Assembly: GCA_020891255.1 (NCBI GenBank) | Contig: BQFW01000001.1 | Coordinates: 62,001-126,000, forward strand | DNA: 64,000 nt | Source of the DNA: Entomortierella parvispora E1425 | Taxonomy: Eukaryota; Fungi; Mortierellomycota | Direction: 5' to 3' | Shown here: positions 1 through 11,905 of the stretch, in pieces | Layout: each line of letters opens with the position of its first letter | Numbering within the stretch: the first letter of the stretch is position 1 | Made by a program: the position numbers and the translations under genes | The notes under the pieces: model-generated | The model's database searches: none | What the model saw: only the letters and a program-made list of their open reading frames with translations | What the model was told of the DNA's origin: nothing

Positions 1-470
1 CTGGCGTGTTGATCCAAGCGGCAGAGGAGTCGATCGGAATTGTTTCTGCACCCGCCATTGCCGCCACTCAGGAATTGACTGGCCGAGCCCTTGGTCCCGA
101 CGCGAAAGAGCTGATCACAAATGCGTTGGAGGGATTGAAAAACTTTACACTCGTCTACTTTGATAGCACAGGTGTTTCACGCAGGGCTTTCTTGCAGACG
201 TCCAGAGTCGCGGCTCTTCAGACGGCTCAAGAGGTCAGGGATGGAAAGATCAAGATGAAGCAGCGCTCAAAGAACCCCTCTGACCATATCCAGGGCATTT
301 CTCTCCCCTCTGTTCCTTTGGCAGCAACCGCTAGCGCAAAGGCGAGCCAAGTGAAAGAGCTGATTTTCAGCTACTTTGTCAAGGATGATGGCCAAGATGG
401 TGCTGCTGCCGTTGCTGCAGGTTCCTCTTTTTCGGAGGGCTCGCCTGCAAAGAAGAAGAAGACTGAGTGA
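1..470 (+). CDS. 3' end of an unidentified protein-coding gene (5'-partial), ending in a basic KKKK motif
   Basis: Open frame from the window start to TGA at 468-470 with protein-like composition, followed by a (GA)n tract typical of UTR/intergenic DNA here. No family recognised. Confidence 0.4.
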   Translation, partial: GVLIQAAEESIGIVSAPAIAATQELTGRALGPDAKELITNALEGLKNFTLVYFDSTGVSRRAFLQTSRVAALQTAQEVRDGKIKMKQRSKNPSDHIQGISLPSVPLAATASAKASQVKELIFSYFVKDDGQDGAAAVAAGSSFSEGSPAKKKKTE

Positions 471-1387
471 CAATGTGGAGAGAGAGAGAGAGAGAGAGAG
501 GATGTTACTTTGGAGTAAAGAAAAAAAATGTTCGTAAACAGTTGTTTTGCTCCCTCTTCTGGAGGATTGAAGGTCAATTTGAAGACGTCCACTCTTGCAG
601 CTGTGTTCCCCGTGACCACCCGATGTTGTGCCCACTCCTGACCGCTTTGTTGTTATTGCTTCCGTCCCTTGGGCGAAGCACTTGCAACGGTGTGAAGAGC
701 CCTGCTCGGCTGGCAACCTTCTTTGTTGACCTTGCAGTTAGACAAGCCGAATGCCCCATTATTGTAAACGCCAAGTTTTTCGCTCCATCCCCCCCAAAAC
801 AAAATAATAAAGGCCCATCGCTCCACTCCACAACAGGGTTGTGGAGGGAGGATTTGACCCCAGGCAAGCATGTGCACAGGAGAGGGGGAAAGACAAGTGC
901 TCATTTATTTCTCCAACCCAACTTTGTTCGACTCCATCTTCCTGCCATTGAGTTTGGATTGCACGAGCACACTGGCCAGACGAGATGAGCAACCGCAAGC
1001 CGAGAGGTCCCACCGCAATTGGTGTTGCCAGCAATTGCACGAGATTTATTGTTGCCCTTCTTCATTACGTTTGGGAAGCTAGTTGTCTCCTAGCCCATGG
1101 ACCATGCGTGATCACTTCCGAGGGCTATATTACCCAACACCGCAACTGGCTTTAGATGGTACTGTACAGCCTTGCATTGACACGCAATGAACTGTCTCAA
1201 AAGGGTCGGCTCTCTTTTTCTTTAAAAGAGATTGACCTCTCGGCTACCTCTTTACTTTTTTTTTTCTTCCTCTTGTCCTCTGATCCCAACCCAATTTCTC
1301 TTTTGCTCTCAACCTCCACCTTTTCCCCTCTTTACTCCCTCCTCCTCCCACCAGCTACTTCACTCACACACTCCCCCCACATTCACA

Positions 1388-2825
1388 ATGGCAAAAGGCG
1401 ATATTCTTACTCCTCCCGGCACCGGGTACATTGACTGCCTGACCCCTGATCAAAAGAAATCGCTCAAGGAGGTCTGGTCCATTGTCTTCTCGATTGCCGA
1501 TTCCGGTGAAGCCGTCGTTCCAAAGGACATGATGCTTGAGGTCGAAAAGGAGGCCAAGAGTTCGGGCGCTCAATCGGCCACGGTCGCTGCCGCCGCCAAG
1601 GCCGGCTGGTTTTCTGGTAACAAGTCCGCGAAGGCTGAGGAGGAGGCCAAAGCTGCCGGCTATGGTGCCGGCATGGCCAAGATCTCGCTTGCAGACTTGG
1701 GCTTGAGTGTCGAGAAGTTGCGACCCATCCTTTGGGACAACGCTATGGGTGATCATCCAGGTACTGAATGACATGTGCTGGTGCCGGACGTTTTCAAGAT
1801 TTTTTTTTTTTAGCGGGAGAAAAGTGACTAACTTGAGTTTGGATTTTTCTTTTTTCTTTTGGCTGTGGGTGCACTACATAGATTCTCTGCTCTTGCGCTT
1901 CATTCGAGCTCGCAAGTGGAACACCATCAATGCTTTGAACATGATGTTCAAGGCCTTCAAGTGGCGTCTGGACGAGGATATCCCCGCCGTCAAGTACTCG
2001 ACCGATGAGGAGCTCAATGCTCTCTACCCTAAATTCTACGAACAACTCGAGTCGGGCAAGTTTTTCATTCACGGCACGGACAAGGAGGGTCGCATTGTGG
2101 CCTACTTGAACGTCCGTCTCCACTACCCCAATGACCAACCGGCCAAGACATTGGAGAAGTTGACCGTCTACGTCATGGAGGCTGGTCGTGTTTTGGTACA
2201 ATACCCCGTCGAGACAGTGTGCTTGGTCTTTGATCTCACAGGATTCTCTCTCTCCAACATGGATTTCGCCATGGTCAAGTACTTGGTGACAGTCTTTGAG
2301 GCCTACTACCCCGAGTCCCTTGGACGGATCATTATCCACGGAGCACCTTTTGTTTTCTGGGGCGTCTGGAAGGTGATCCAGCCCTGGTTGGATCCTGTCG
2401 TGGCTGCCAAGGTGGTCTTCACCCGCAAGGACGAGGACTTGATCCAATACATTCCTGCAACACATTTGCCCGACCACTACAAAGGAGGACTGGACAAGTA
2501 CAAGTACAAGTACATTCGATCCAAGCCAGACGAGAACAAGTGCATGGACGATGTGGAGACCAAGGACCGTCTGGTGGCAGAATGGAAGGCCACCTTCTGG
2601 AAGTTTGAGGCCCTGACCCGCGAATGGATCGCCGTCGGAACGCCCGAGGCAACGTCCACAAGGACGGAGGTCGAGATTGAGGTGGAGCGTGAGCAGTGCG
2701 CCAAGGATTTGAGAGTCGCCTTCTTCAAGATGGATCCTTACATCCGTGCCAGAAACATGTTCCACCGATCCTCACCCCCAGTTGCTGAGGCGGACGGCAG
2801 CGTCAACTGGGTCTACAACAACTAG
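1388..2825 (+). CDS. CSR1: CRAL-TRIO (Sec14-family) phosphatidylinositol transfer protein, Csr1/Sfh2-like; 2 exons (1388-1760, 1882-2825)
   Basis: Splicing GT1761..AG1881 gives the motif DHPDSLLLRFIRARKW. The CRAL-TRIO core follows (HGTDKEGR..Y.NVRLH, VFDLTGFSLSNMDF, FEAYYPESLG, APFVFWGVWKVIQPWLDPVVAAKV). Confidence 0.9.
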
Positions 2826-3357
2826 AGGCCCTGATTTTCTCTCTTTTTTTTCCCCTACTCCTCCACCATCGAATAATAAACAGCGCCGAGCGATATACCA
2901 AACGGATCAACTGTGCATAAGGGGGGTCGAGCCTGAATACCAGGATGACAGATCTTTGCATGCAAAGAAGTTAGAGGAGAAAAGAGAGCGATGTAGATTA
3001 GTGGTGCTGACTATGGGTCGGTACTTTTGTTATCTCATCCTCTTTGCCTTCTTCATCAGATGCTCATCACTGACATTGTCATTCATTTCGGTCAGTACCT
3101 GCGTATTAGAGACCTGAGGTCTTGCGTTAGAGCCTACTTACTAGCTACCTCTCTCGAAATTTCACCAGGATAAAGAAACAAACACGGCCCTTGGGAGGCT
3201 GGTTGCTTCACACATTGCCTAGAAGAGACTTTATTGTAATTATTTTTTCTTCATTCCAATATCAGAAATAAACCAGAAAACACAATGAAGGTTGAAAGTG
3301 AAGCATCCTTGGTTCTGGTCGAAAGGTTTGGTCAATGAAGAAGGTGCTGCGACCCCT

Positions 3358-3762
3358 CTATTGTGAAGTGACAATTCTTTTGTTTGTCTTCTTTTTTAGA
3401 CGATAGAGAGGCTCAAGTTCGTAGTCTTCGATCTAGTCCGTTTGAATGAAGGCAGTGACAACAGTGCAGTGCTAGTTAGCAGATCGCGATTCATTTTGAT
3501 CTCTTTGCTGCATGGTTCTACCCGATCTGAATTTTTTGAGTTGCCAACAAAAAAAAAAAAAAAATACCTTGGGCATCTGGGGTTGTTCCCCAAAGGGAGA
3601 GACCATCCCGCGTCGATTCATCAACTCGAGAACATTCGCAAAGAAGTCCGGGTTAGTGGTCATCTCGCACATGATGTTGAACCCTATGCAAGGGGTGAGC
3701 CTCGGAACCGGGGTTCGCGAGGGTGTTTTGGGCTGGTGCGACGTGTCGGCGTTTTGGGACAT
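3358..3762 (-). CDS. possible small two-exon hypothetical gene (3762-3568, 3432-3358)
   Basis: ATG at 3762, GTATTT donor, T-rich intron with GCTAAC branch and TAG acceptor. No recognisable domain. Confidence 0.25.
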
Positions 3763-4905
3763 GGTGACGAAGGGCTAGACAAGGTGCTCAAAACGTGAGC
3801 ATTAGAAGTCATGGAATGCAATGGAATTGGCAATTCACGCGAGTTCATGGACATGCTCTTACCTGCGATTGTCAATGAGAAGCTGGGAATGCGTGTGAGA
3901 AAACGAATACCGTGATGAGGAAGGGATGGCGAGTGAAGAGAAGGAGAAAGAGCCAAAGTGCAGACGGTGGCGCAACCGTGCGCGTGCGCGCAGCGTTTTA
4001 TTCATTTCATTTCCTCCGTGCATGAAGGGTCTTTTCAATCCTCCATCAGCGGCACAAGCTCACGAGCGGTAAATCCTCAAACGTCGTGACTCCGCCTCTT
4101 GCGTTCGCGCCTGCCCATGTGATGAACTCCTTCGTCTTTGGTCCATAGTAGCCAAACTCATGAGTGTTGCGCATCATCTCTGTGATAATGCCTCGCGCTG
4201 CCGGTGGCATCTAGAAAGGGACGAGAGCGCGTCGTTTTCACGAAGCTCGGCCTGGCGTCCATGCGCCTCTCTGGACCTTCTTGCCAGGCTTTGTACCTTG
4301 GCCGTTGCATGTTCCTTCGTATTGCCTCTGTTAGTCTGCTGCCTTTGCCATGGGTTGTCCACACCACATCAAGGATGTACTGACGGTCAACAGGTGAAAG
4401 TCGTTCGAAAGTCCTATCAAGCAGGCACAGAGTGGCATGGGAGGAGGGCCCTTTATTTCCATGCAGAGTAAAGTAGGAAATAGCGGTCCCAAAGAAGGCC
4501 GTCTTTCCTCTGCTCTCCGCTTTTGTCCTTCTCCCCTTCAGTTCCCCTTTCTGCTGCTGTGGAGTTGCATCCCACCATGGTCCACGGTCTTGAATCTCAC
4601 GCCCCGCCTTGACCCGCACCCCACGTCGGTCTAATAGTGGCAATATCGCTATCCTACCATGGCTTACGAGTTTCAAGGATGACGAGATGACGAGGGCTCA
4701 CGCCCATGTATTCATTCAGCCCCTGCCCCTGGGAAGCAGTGTCGGGTGAGAGCACGGAAAGGCAAACAACACCGCCCATGGAACCATGGACCAGGACTCT
4801 CATTCCTCCCGCTCGTTCGCTCATTCTCCCATTCCCCCCTTTTCTCTTCTCTTGACATCTCCACTCTCCATCCTCCTTTCGAATCCAAACGCGTCTTTTC
4901 ACTGG

Positions 4906-7115
4906 ATGATGGCCAATTCGAACCGCTCCCCCAGTCCTGACACGGGCTCGACGCGATGCAAGGCCATCGCCGCCAGCACTGGGCAGCGATGCACCCGCTC
5001 AGGCAAGCTGGACGGCTACTGCTCTGCGAAACACAAGGAGCAACAGAATGGCTTCTTTGGCATGCATGCCAACCCTGCTGTCAATCCCTTCACCGACTCT
5101 GAGGGCGACGAGCCCGCCGCCTCCAAGACCACAAAGGCTAAAAAAGCCGCCGGAACAAAGACCACAAAGGCCCTGAAGGCCCTGGGTGTCAAAAAGTCGT
5201 CTACGCTGGACTCGGACGAAGAGAGCACGCTTGCTCCTGCTGTTTCCCATGCCCCTACCCCTGCGCCTGTCCCTGCACCTCCTGCCCCAGCAAAAAAGAC
5301 GTCGTCCACCAGTGCTGCCAAGAAGAAGGCCACGCCAGCAGCCAAAATGACCCCCGTTGCAAAGAAGGGTGCTGCACGCAAGAAGAAAGCAGAGGTTGAA
5401 TCCTCGGACGAGTTTATTGACGACGAGTCGGACGGCACTTATGAACCAACGGACAGCGATGCAGACTACAGCGATTACCAGGGAGATGAAGACGAGGACG
5501 AGGACGAGGACGAGGAAGATGAGCTCGAGGAGCTGTCAGGTCAGTTGGCGTCGGTCAAGATCAAGAACGATGACCCGACTCTGCCTCCCCGTCCCGCTGG
5601 CGCTAAAGCCAAGGCTAAGGTTGCCCGAACAAAGTCAAAGATCTTCAATACCAACAAGGTTCTTCCTCCTCCCAAGAGCAAGACTACGCCCACATCAACA
5701 GGCAAGCCCTCTGGATTCTGGGTCCCTGCCCCTCCTCCTGCAAAGATCCCAGAATCCACCATCAAGATTCTGGCCTCTGTTAAAGAAAAACTCAAGCTGG
5801 AAAGCCTCTCCAACTCGAGTTCCTCAAATGACGACTCGCGACATCAACTAACTGGCGGCAAAAAAAGTTCTGGATTCTTCAACTACAAAGCCCAGGTTCA
5901 CCATTTTTTGAATCCTGACAAGGAGGATTTGGACCCAGACTCGAAACGTGCCAGCGTCCGCAAGATTGCTCATTCCCTCAATGCATTCTTTCACAAGTTC
6001 AAAAAGTCGTCTGATTCGGATCTCAAGAGCTCTTACCATGACCAACAGAACCGGCCGTTGCCTGCTCTCCCAACTAGCGAAGAGAAAAAGTCGACGGGTG
6101 GACGAAGAGATTCGACAGAGAGTGTGGACTCTGTGACCAAGAATGTCCAGGCCATGTCTATAAAGTCCAACGATTCTCAGGATGAGTTCCCTAACCAATG
6201 CCAAGGATTCAACACCAACGGACATCGATGCAAGCGCAAGGTGAAGCTGGATCGACCTATCGCCAAGGGCGAGGTTCTGCTGTGCCACGACCACGAAGTG
6301 GATGAAGACGACGAGGTTGTTGTCCACATTGAAGGAAAAGGAGGAGTCTTGCTTCAGTGGCTCGACGTTGCTGGTAAGTGGATGACATTCTTGTGATGAA
6401 GAGTCAAACTCTGGAAATACAGGACATGGACCATTGACTGTATTACAATCCGTGATTCTTTAGCATGGGTCAACCCCAATCTGCCCGACTATGTTCAGAA
6501 CAAGTTGAGAAAGGCCATGGAGCGTCCCGTCTCTGACACGGACAAGCCAGGCTATATCTATGCTTATCATCTGTTGGAGAGTAAGTTACCTGTCCGTAGT
6601 GTCTTTTCAATCTCGACATGCCTGATTGCTGGAGAAGAATGAAAATAGGCTAACGGAAACCCTTTTCTTTATCAATTGCAGCTCGCCAAACCGACACTCA
6701 TACCCTTTTCAAAGTGGGTCGCACCGACAATGTGTACCGCCGTATGAACGAATGGTCGGACAAGTGTGGTTCGCCCCCAAGATTGATCGAGGTCTTCCCA
6801 GAGCAGGGATCTTTGGCGCCCAAGGATGACAATGATCTTGCAGATTCTGCATCAGGCGGAGCAGGAGATAATGAGGTGACAGGCCTTCGCTGCAGATACT
6901 CTCATCGCGTGGAGCGATTGATCCACATTGAGCTGAAGCCGTTCCATGACAAGGACCACATCTGTGCATGCAAGACGAACCACCGCGAGTGGTTCAAGGT
7001 TCCTCATCAGCCTGGTTTGAAGGACTCCCAGCAGATGAAGCAAGCTTGGGAGCAAATCCGCAGAGTCATTGTCCACTGGATGTCGTACATGGAGAAGGTC
7101 TACGGACCTGGTTAA
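4906..7115 (+). CDS. T5orf172/MUG113 (GIY-YIG-like) domain protein with long K/A/P-rich and acidic N-terminal region; 3 exons (4906-6373, 6464-6580, 6682-7115)
   Basis: The spliced product gives DKPGYIYAY...FKVGRTDNVYRRMNEWSDKCG...HRVERLIHIEL...C.C...HREWF, the T5orf172/MUG113 signature. It also has two C-x7/8-G-x2-C Cys/His motifs. Both introns have GTAAGT donors. Confidence 0.8.
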
Positions 7116-7213
7116 TCTTTTGGGACCAACGTGGAGGTAGTTCAGAGCGAACTTTGACCCAAGGTATTTATTGACATTATATTCTCAAAAGAATAAAAAA
7201 AAAAATCTCCAGA

Positions 7214-8130
7214 TCAATGCTTGTTCCTCTTTGGCGAGTTGGCAACGATTGCGTTGAGATCTCGCGAGGTCATTGGGGACGTGATATCGGTTTGCCAGAG
7301 GAAGCTGTCAAGCTCAGCATCGGCTCCCGCAGCTTTGACCTCGGACTGGATCCTGATCAGATGCTCCTATTTGGGGGCATGAACACGTTAATTGGCAGTT
7401 TGAAACCCAACGACAAAGCAGATCATCCGTGCAACGGTAGAAATACCACATATTCGACCAATAGCCCCAGTGTCGAACTTCTCAAAAAGACCTCCAGCTC
7501 ATCGGCTGTTTGGGGTAGCGTGATCACCCTCTTTGCAAATGATCCTGCCACGTAAATATCCTCATATCTCCTTAAATACATGATCACCCCGCGATACCCG
7601 CTTGCATCCATGAACAAAATGTATTCGTCCGTGTCAAGTTGAAAGGTGGTGTGTAACTGAAGATAGGCCAAATGGCCTTGTTAATGCGAATATTTCTTTT
7701 TGTCTGAACCAGGGCCTGTACAAGCCCTTGTTTCGACTTGGGAACGGCCTTGAACTCGCTATTATTGAGTTCAAAGGCTCCCCACTTCACACGTGGGTCC
7801 ATCTTTCGGCCGCAGATACCGATGGTCTTGTCGTTCAGTTCTTCCTCCTGAAGAATCCTGATCTCATTTGTAGCCTCCGATGTGATTCCGCTTCTGGAAT
7901 TGAACTTTAGCGTGTTAGATGCAGGAACATTCAGCGTGATACAAATGCCATTCATTTTGTAGTGATCATGGACTCACGGCTCAAAACGAACTCGGCCTTT
8001 GGCGATGTAAGCACATTGCCATCGACACTTGACGTGCGGTCTTTGTGGTCTATAGCTCCATGGCCACCCTCTTTTGTTCTTCTGTTCCAAGTCGCTCGAT
8101 TATGGTCAAGAATTCTTGATATGCCTTGAA
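7214..8130 (-). pseudogene. degenerate member of a Mucoromycota multi-copy family with a PD-(D/E)xK-like motif (GRKMD...ELNNSEFK...KRNIRINKAI)
   Basis: Protein-like segments in shifting frames with plausible introns (GTGAGT..CTAAC..CCAG; GTATTT..ATAG). A one-base loss near 7672 breaks KAI-LAYLQ, and there is an upstream in-frame stop. Confidence 0.5.
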
Positions 8131-8322
8131 ATGAGAAGAAGGTGTGCCTCTTGCGCGATTGGTGATGAACAGGTCGATATCTCCCCACTGGGACTCGTTC
8201 TGGAGAAATTGAGCGGGTAGGCGGTCCATCTATGGTAGGGAAAAAAAGTATGGCGGCAGTAAATGACCACCGAAATCGCAACAAAAAAACATATTAAGAG
8301 GAGGGCGATGGTTGCCAGCTTC

Positions 8323-8940
8323 TGGTGTTTTTGAGCTGCCGTGTTGCAATCCATCAGCAGGTTAAGTCGCTGTGGACTGCATTGCTGCAGTCCCAGTGAC
8401 ATCAGTTCCCATCGAGTGGGTTCGGACCTTTCACCAGTCTCACAGACCGAGCAGGGAAAGTGTTTTTCGGGTATGGACCATGTGCAAGGATGCGCAAGTG
8501 TCGTCCTAGTTCCTGTCCGTGCAAATTCTTTTGGAACCAGACGCGTCAGGAACACCAGTTCCCATTGAAGGGTTCGGGCTTGTCACTTTCCCCCATGTGT
8601 CAGTCTACAGCGCTGAAAACCAATAAATGAAAAGGGGGAATATACAACTCTTGGTGTTTTTGAGCTGCCGTATTGCAATCCATCAGCAGGTTAAGTCGCT
8701 GTGGACTGCATTGCTGCAGTCCCAGTGACATCAGTTCCCATCGAGTGGGTTCGGACCTTTCACCAATCTCATAGACCGAGCAGGGAAAGTGTTTTTCGGG
8801 TATGGACCATGTGCAAGGATGCGCAAGCGTCGTCCTAGTCCCTGTCCGCGCAAATTCTTTCGAACCAGACGCGTCAGGAACACCAGTTCCCATTGAAGGG
8901 TTCGGGCTTGTCACTTTCCCCCATGTGTCAGTCTACAGCG
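8323..8940. repeat. tandem direct duplication of ~290 bp (8323-8612 and 8652-8940), 39-bp spacer
   Basis: Direct comparison shows six transitions plus one substitution/indel site between the copies. Confidence 0.95.
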
Positions 8941-10089
8941 TCATATTTTTACATTAGATACCGGTCCTGCGGAGAATCGGAGCGCTTGTCCTTGAGTCTA
9001 CATTGGATCTTGTTCTTGGCGGTATTAGGAATGAAGGAAAGTTGGAATGAGGGAAAGTGGTGTTCATGCAATCAATCAATCAATCAATCAATGAACCTCC
9101 ATTACTTGTCTCCGCGTGGTTTCAGGTGGCTTGAAATTTATTTCCTTGCATGGTTGGAAGTAATTGCATTCTTCGTGCAACACCACTCCACCAGCGCCCT
9201 TTCCAAGACCTCTGTTCCCTAGCAGAGCGTAGCTTCGCTGCCCTGACTACCATACGATCAAGCGTTCGGTCTTCGCCGTCCTAAAGGAGATGTCGTCGCG
9301 TCCAGTTCGGAGTCCCGATTGTGTCGTATTGGAGATTGAATTAGGTCAACTCTGGGGATTGGCGGATTGAATAGAAAGTGCTCCTGAATCCGAAATCCAA
9401 TGGCTGCTTCATCAGAGCGAGTTGGCGGGAGGGGAAGAAAGAGAGCAACAGGGTGAGAGAGCAAACGCTCTTGAAAGGACACCAAACAAACACTCACAAC
9501 TCTCCCAGGCCTGCTGTGTGGTCTATGCGCGTGCCAATCTCGAGTTGCCTTATTTCCTTGTAAAATATAGAGACAGCAACTTGCTCACGGACTGGCATGT
9601 GCAATCCATGTGGCATGCCCCTGTACCTGTACCCCTCTCTCTTGGCTCTCTTGGCTCTCTTGGCTCTCACTCATTACGCTAACGCCATTATTCTGTCTTG
9701 TCCCTCGTCTCTGGTGCAACCTCAAACTTGTCCATCCTCACTTCAAGCTGGCTTTGCTCACACATAACGTACCTTGCATTGTGCTCGGCAATGGTCTCGG
9801 CAACGGCGTCTACCGGCTGCGCTGGCCACTTTTCGGCATACTGCTTCAGGGACAGCCGTTCGTTCGATCGGTGATCTTTCTGGGGCTAGAGCATTGCAAC
9901 TGTAAAAGACAACTAAAGAATTCAAGTCCATGGTATACCGCAGAGAATGAGGGGTTCTTTCTTTTTTTTTTTTAAGTGCGGGATTTATTACAATGAAGAT
10001 AGATATATAGAGGTATCAAGAAGGGCTACTAAGAGTTGGCCATCCAAAGTGGTGCAAAATGAAGAGTGAGAGGATGAAAGGAGTCGATT

Positions 10090-11725
10090 TTAGTTGACCT
10101 CAGCCTTCTCGCCAATCTGCTGCTCCTCCATCTTTGCGACATCGGCGTTCATTCTCGACTCGGAAGGAGGGAGAGAGCGAGTCTTCCAGGCAGGGAGATC
10201 CGAGTTGAAGACATCCTCCATCTCCTCGAGAGTGCGACCGTTGGTCTCGGGGAACATGAAGAAGACGTGGATGGTCATGGCCACACAGAAAGCAGCAAAG
10301 ATGTAGTAGGTCTTGTACTGGATGCTCTGCAACAGTGGGGGGACAGCGTAAGCCAAAGCAAAGTTGAAGGCCCAGTTGGCAGCAGTGGACAGGGAGACGG
10401 CCTTGGAACGGATGCGGAGAGGGTAGATCTCAGCAGGGTAGGTCCAGGAGACGGGTCCCCAAGAGATGGCGAAGGAGCAGACAAAGAGGTAGGAGCAGGC
10501 AATGACGGCGTGAGAGGCAGAGGGGTTGTTCTGGATAGCCCAGGTGGTGGTGGAATTACCCTCGAGGACAGCAGGGGCACCAAAGTGGCCCATGAGACCA
10601 CCAACCAGGAACAACCAGAGGGCCATGAATGCGGAACCAATCAGAAGGACAGGGCGACGACCCCAGCGATCAATGAAGAGAATGGCGGGGATGGTCATGA
10701 GGACGTTGAGGACATACTGGATCGAAGAGGCCTGCAAGTTGGCGTTGCCAGAGTAACCGGCTCCCTGGAAGATGAAGACAATGTAGTACATGGCGACGTT
10801 CATACCAGTCAACTGGGACCAGGACTGGAGGGTGATACCAAGGAAGACCTTGCGCAAGTTGGGCTTCTGGAACAACTCGAGGTAAGAGCGAGCAGCCTGA
10901 GTGCGATCGAAGCGAATGACCTCCTGAATCTCCTTGAACTCGGCCTGGACAGCAGGGTCGTTCTTGTCACCACCAGCACGCAAGTTAGCCAGAACCTCCA
11001 AAGCCTCATCCCAACGATCCTGATCAGCCAACCAACGAGGGGAGAAGGGGAAGAAAGAGATACCAACAAGGAGAATAAGACCAGGAACGACCTGAATACC
11101 CCAAGGGACACGGAAAGCGGCGTTGGAGTTGATGTAGGAGCAACCGTACTGGATAAAGTACTGGATCAAGATACCCCAGGTAATAGCCCACTGCTGCATC
11201 GAAACAATACGACCACGGATCTCCTTGGGGGCAATCTCGGACTGGTAGATGGGAACAACCATGGAAGCCAAACCGACAGCAATACCGTTGATGATACGAC
11301 CGACGATCAACATGGCAACACTGACCGAGGCGCACTGGATGATGGAACCGACAATCCAGATGGAGGCAGCCAACATGATGGTGCGCCTACGGGAGATTCT
11401 ATCACTGAGATTACCGGCCAAGAGGGCACCAAAGAAGGAACCAGCGGGCATGGAAGCGACAATACCACCCTGAAGGGACGAGGAGGGGTGGCCAAAGTAG
11501 TCCTGGTACTGATTCGTACCGACAGCTCCGGACATGGAGGAAATATCGAAACCAAAGAGCATACTATTGAGAGAAAGGAACAGCTTTGTCAGGGGGGCAC
11601 TCCACAAAGGGACATTCCAGAGACCAAGGGAATGGGATCAAAAAGAGATACACTTACCCGCCGATGGTGGCGAACATGCCCAAGAAGTAGACGTTGCTGA
11701 GCAACTTGTATTTAGCGGAAGCCAT
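10090..11725 (-). CDS. MFS sugar porter, high-affinity glucose transporter HGT1-like; 2 exons (11725-11658, 11563-10090)
   Basis: Motifs GMLFGFDISSMS, D.ISRR, PIYQSEIAPKEIRGR, P.SPRWL, QLTGMNVAMYY, IDRWGRRP, W.Y.AEI.PL.IR.KA and PETNGRTLEEM. The intron has a GTAAGT donor. Confidence 0.93.
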
Positions 11726-11897
11726 TTCGATCGACGGTGTGGGGAGATAGAGATTATAAATTTACAGGGGATGATACAACGTGGGAGGAGAAAGGTGTGG
11801 AGGAGGAAGGGCGCGAGAGGAAGAAAAGGAGGGGGAGAAGTGGCTGCTAGGGACTGAACAGTGGAGAACAAAACCAGGGGACCTGGGCATGGGTTCT

Positions 11898-11905
11898 CTT
11901 TTATA
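11898..11905 (-). promoter_or_regulatory. TATA box (TATAAAAG) upstream of the hexose transporter
   Basis: Consensus TATAAAAG on the minus strand, ~175 bp upstream of the ATG and followed by a CT-rich leader. Confidence 0.55.

Noticed and set aside
8323-8612. Minus-strand peptide VKGPNPLDGN*CHW faintly like group II intron maturase C-termini
   Set aside because: The match is too short, interrupted by stops and has no RT motifs nearby.
10267-11700. 477-aa plus-strand ORF
   Set aside because: It is the antisense shadow of the hexose transporter, caused by codon bias. The same applies to 1794-2765, 50486-51070, 51904-52530 and 63415-63996.
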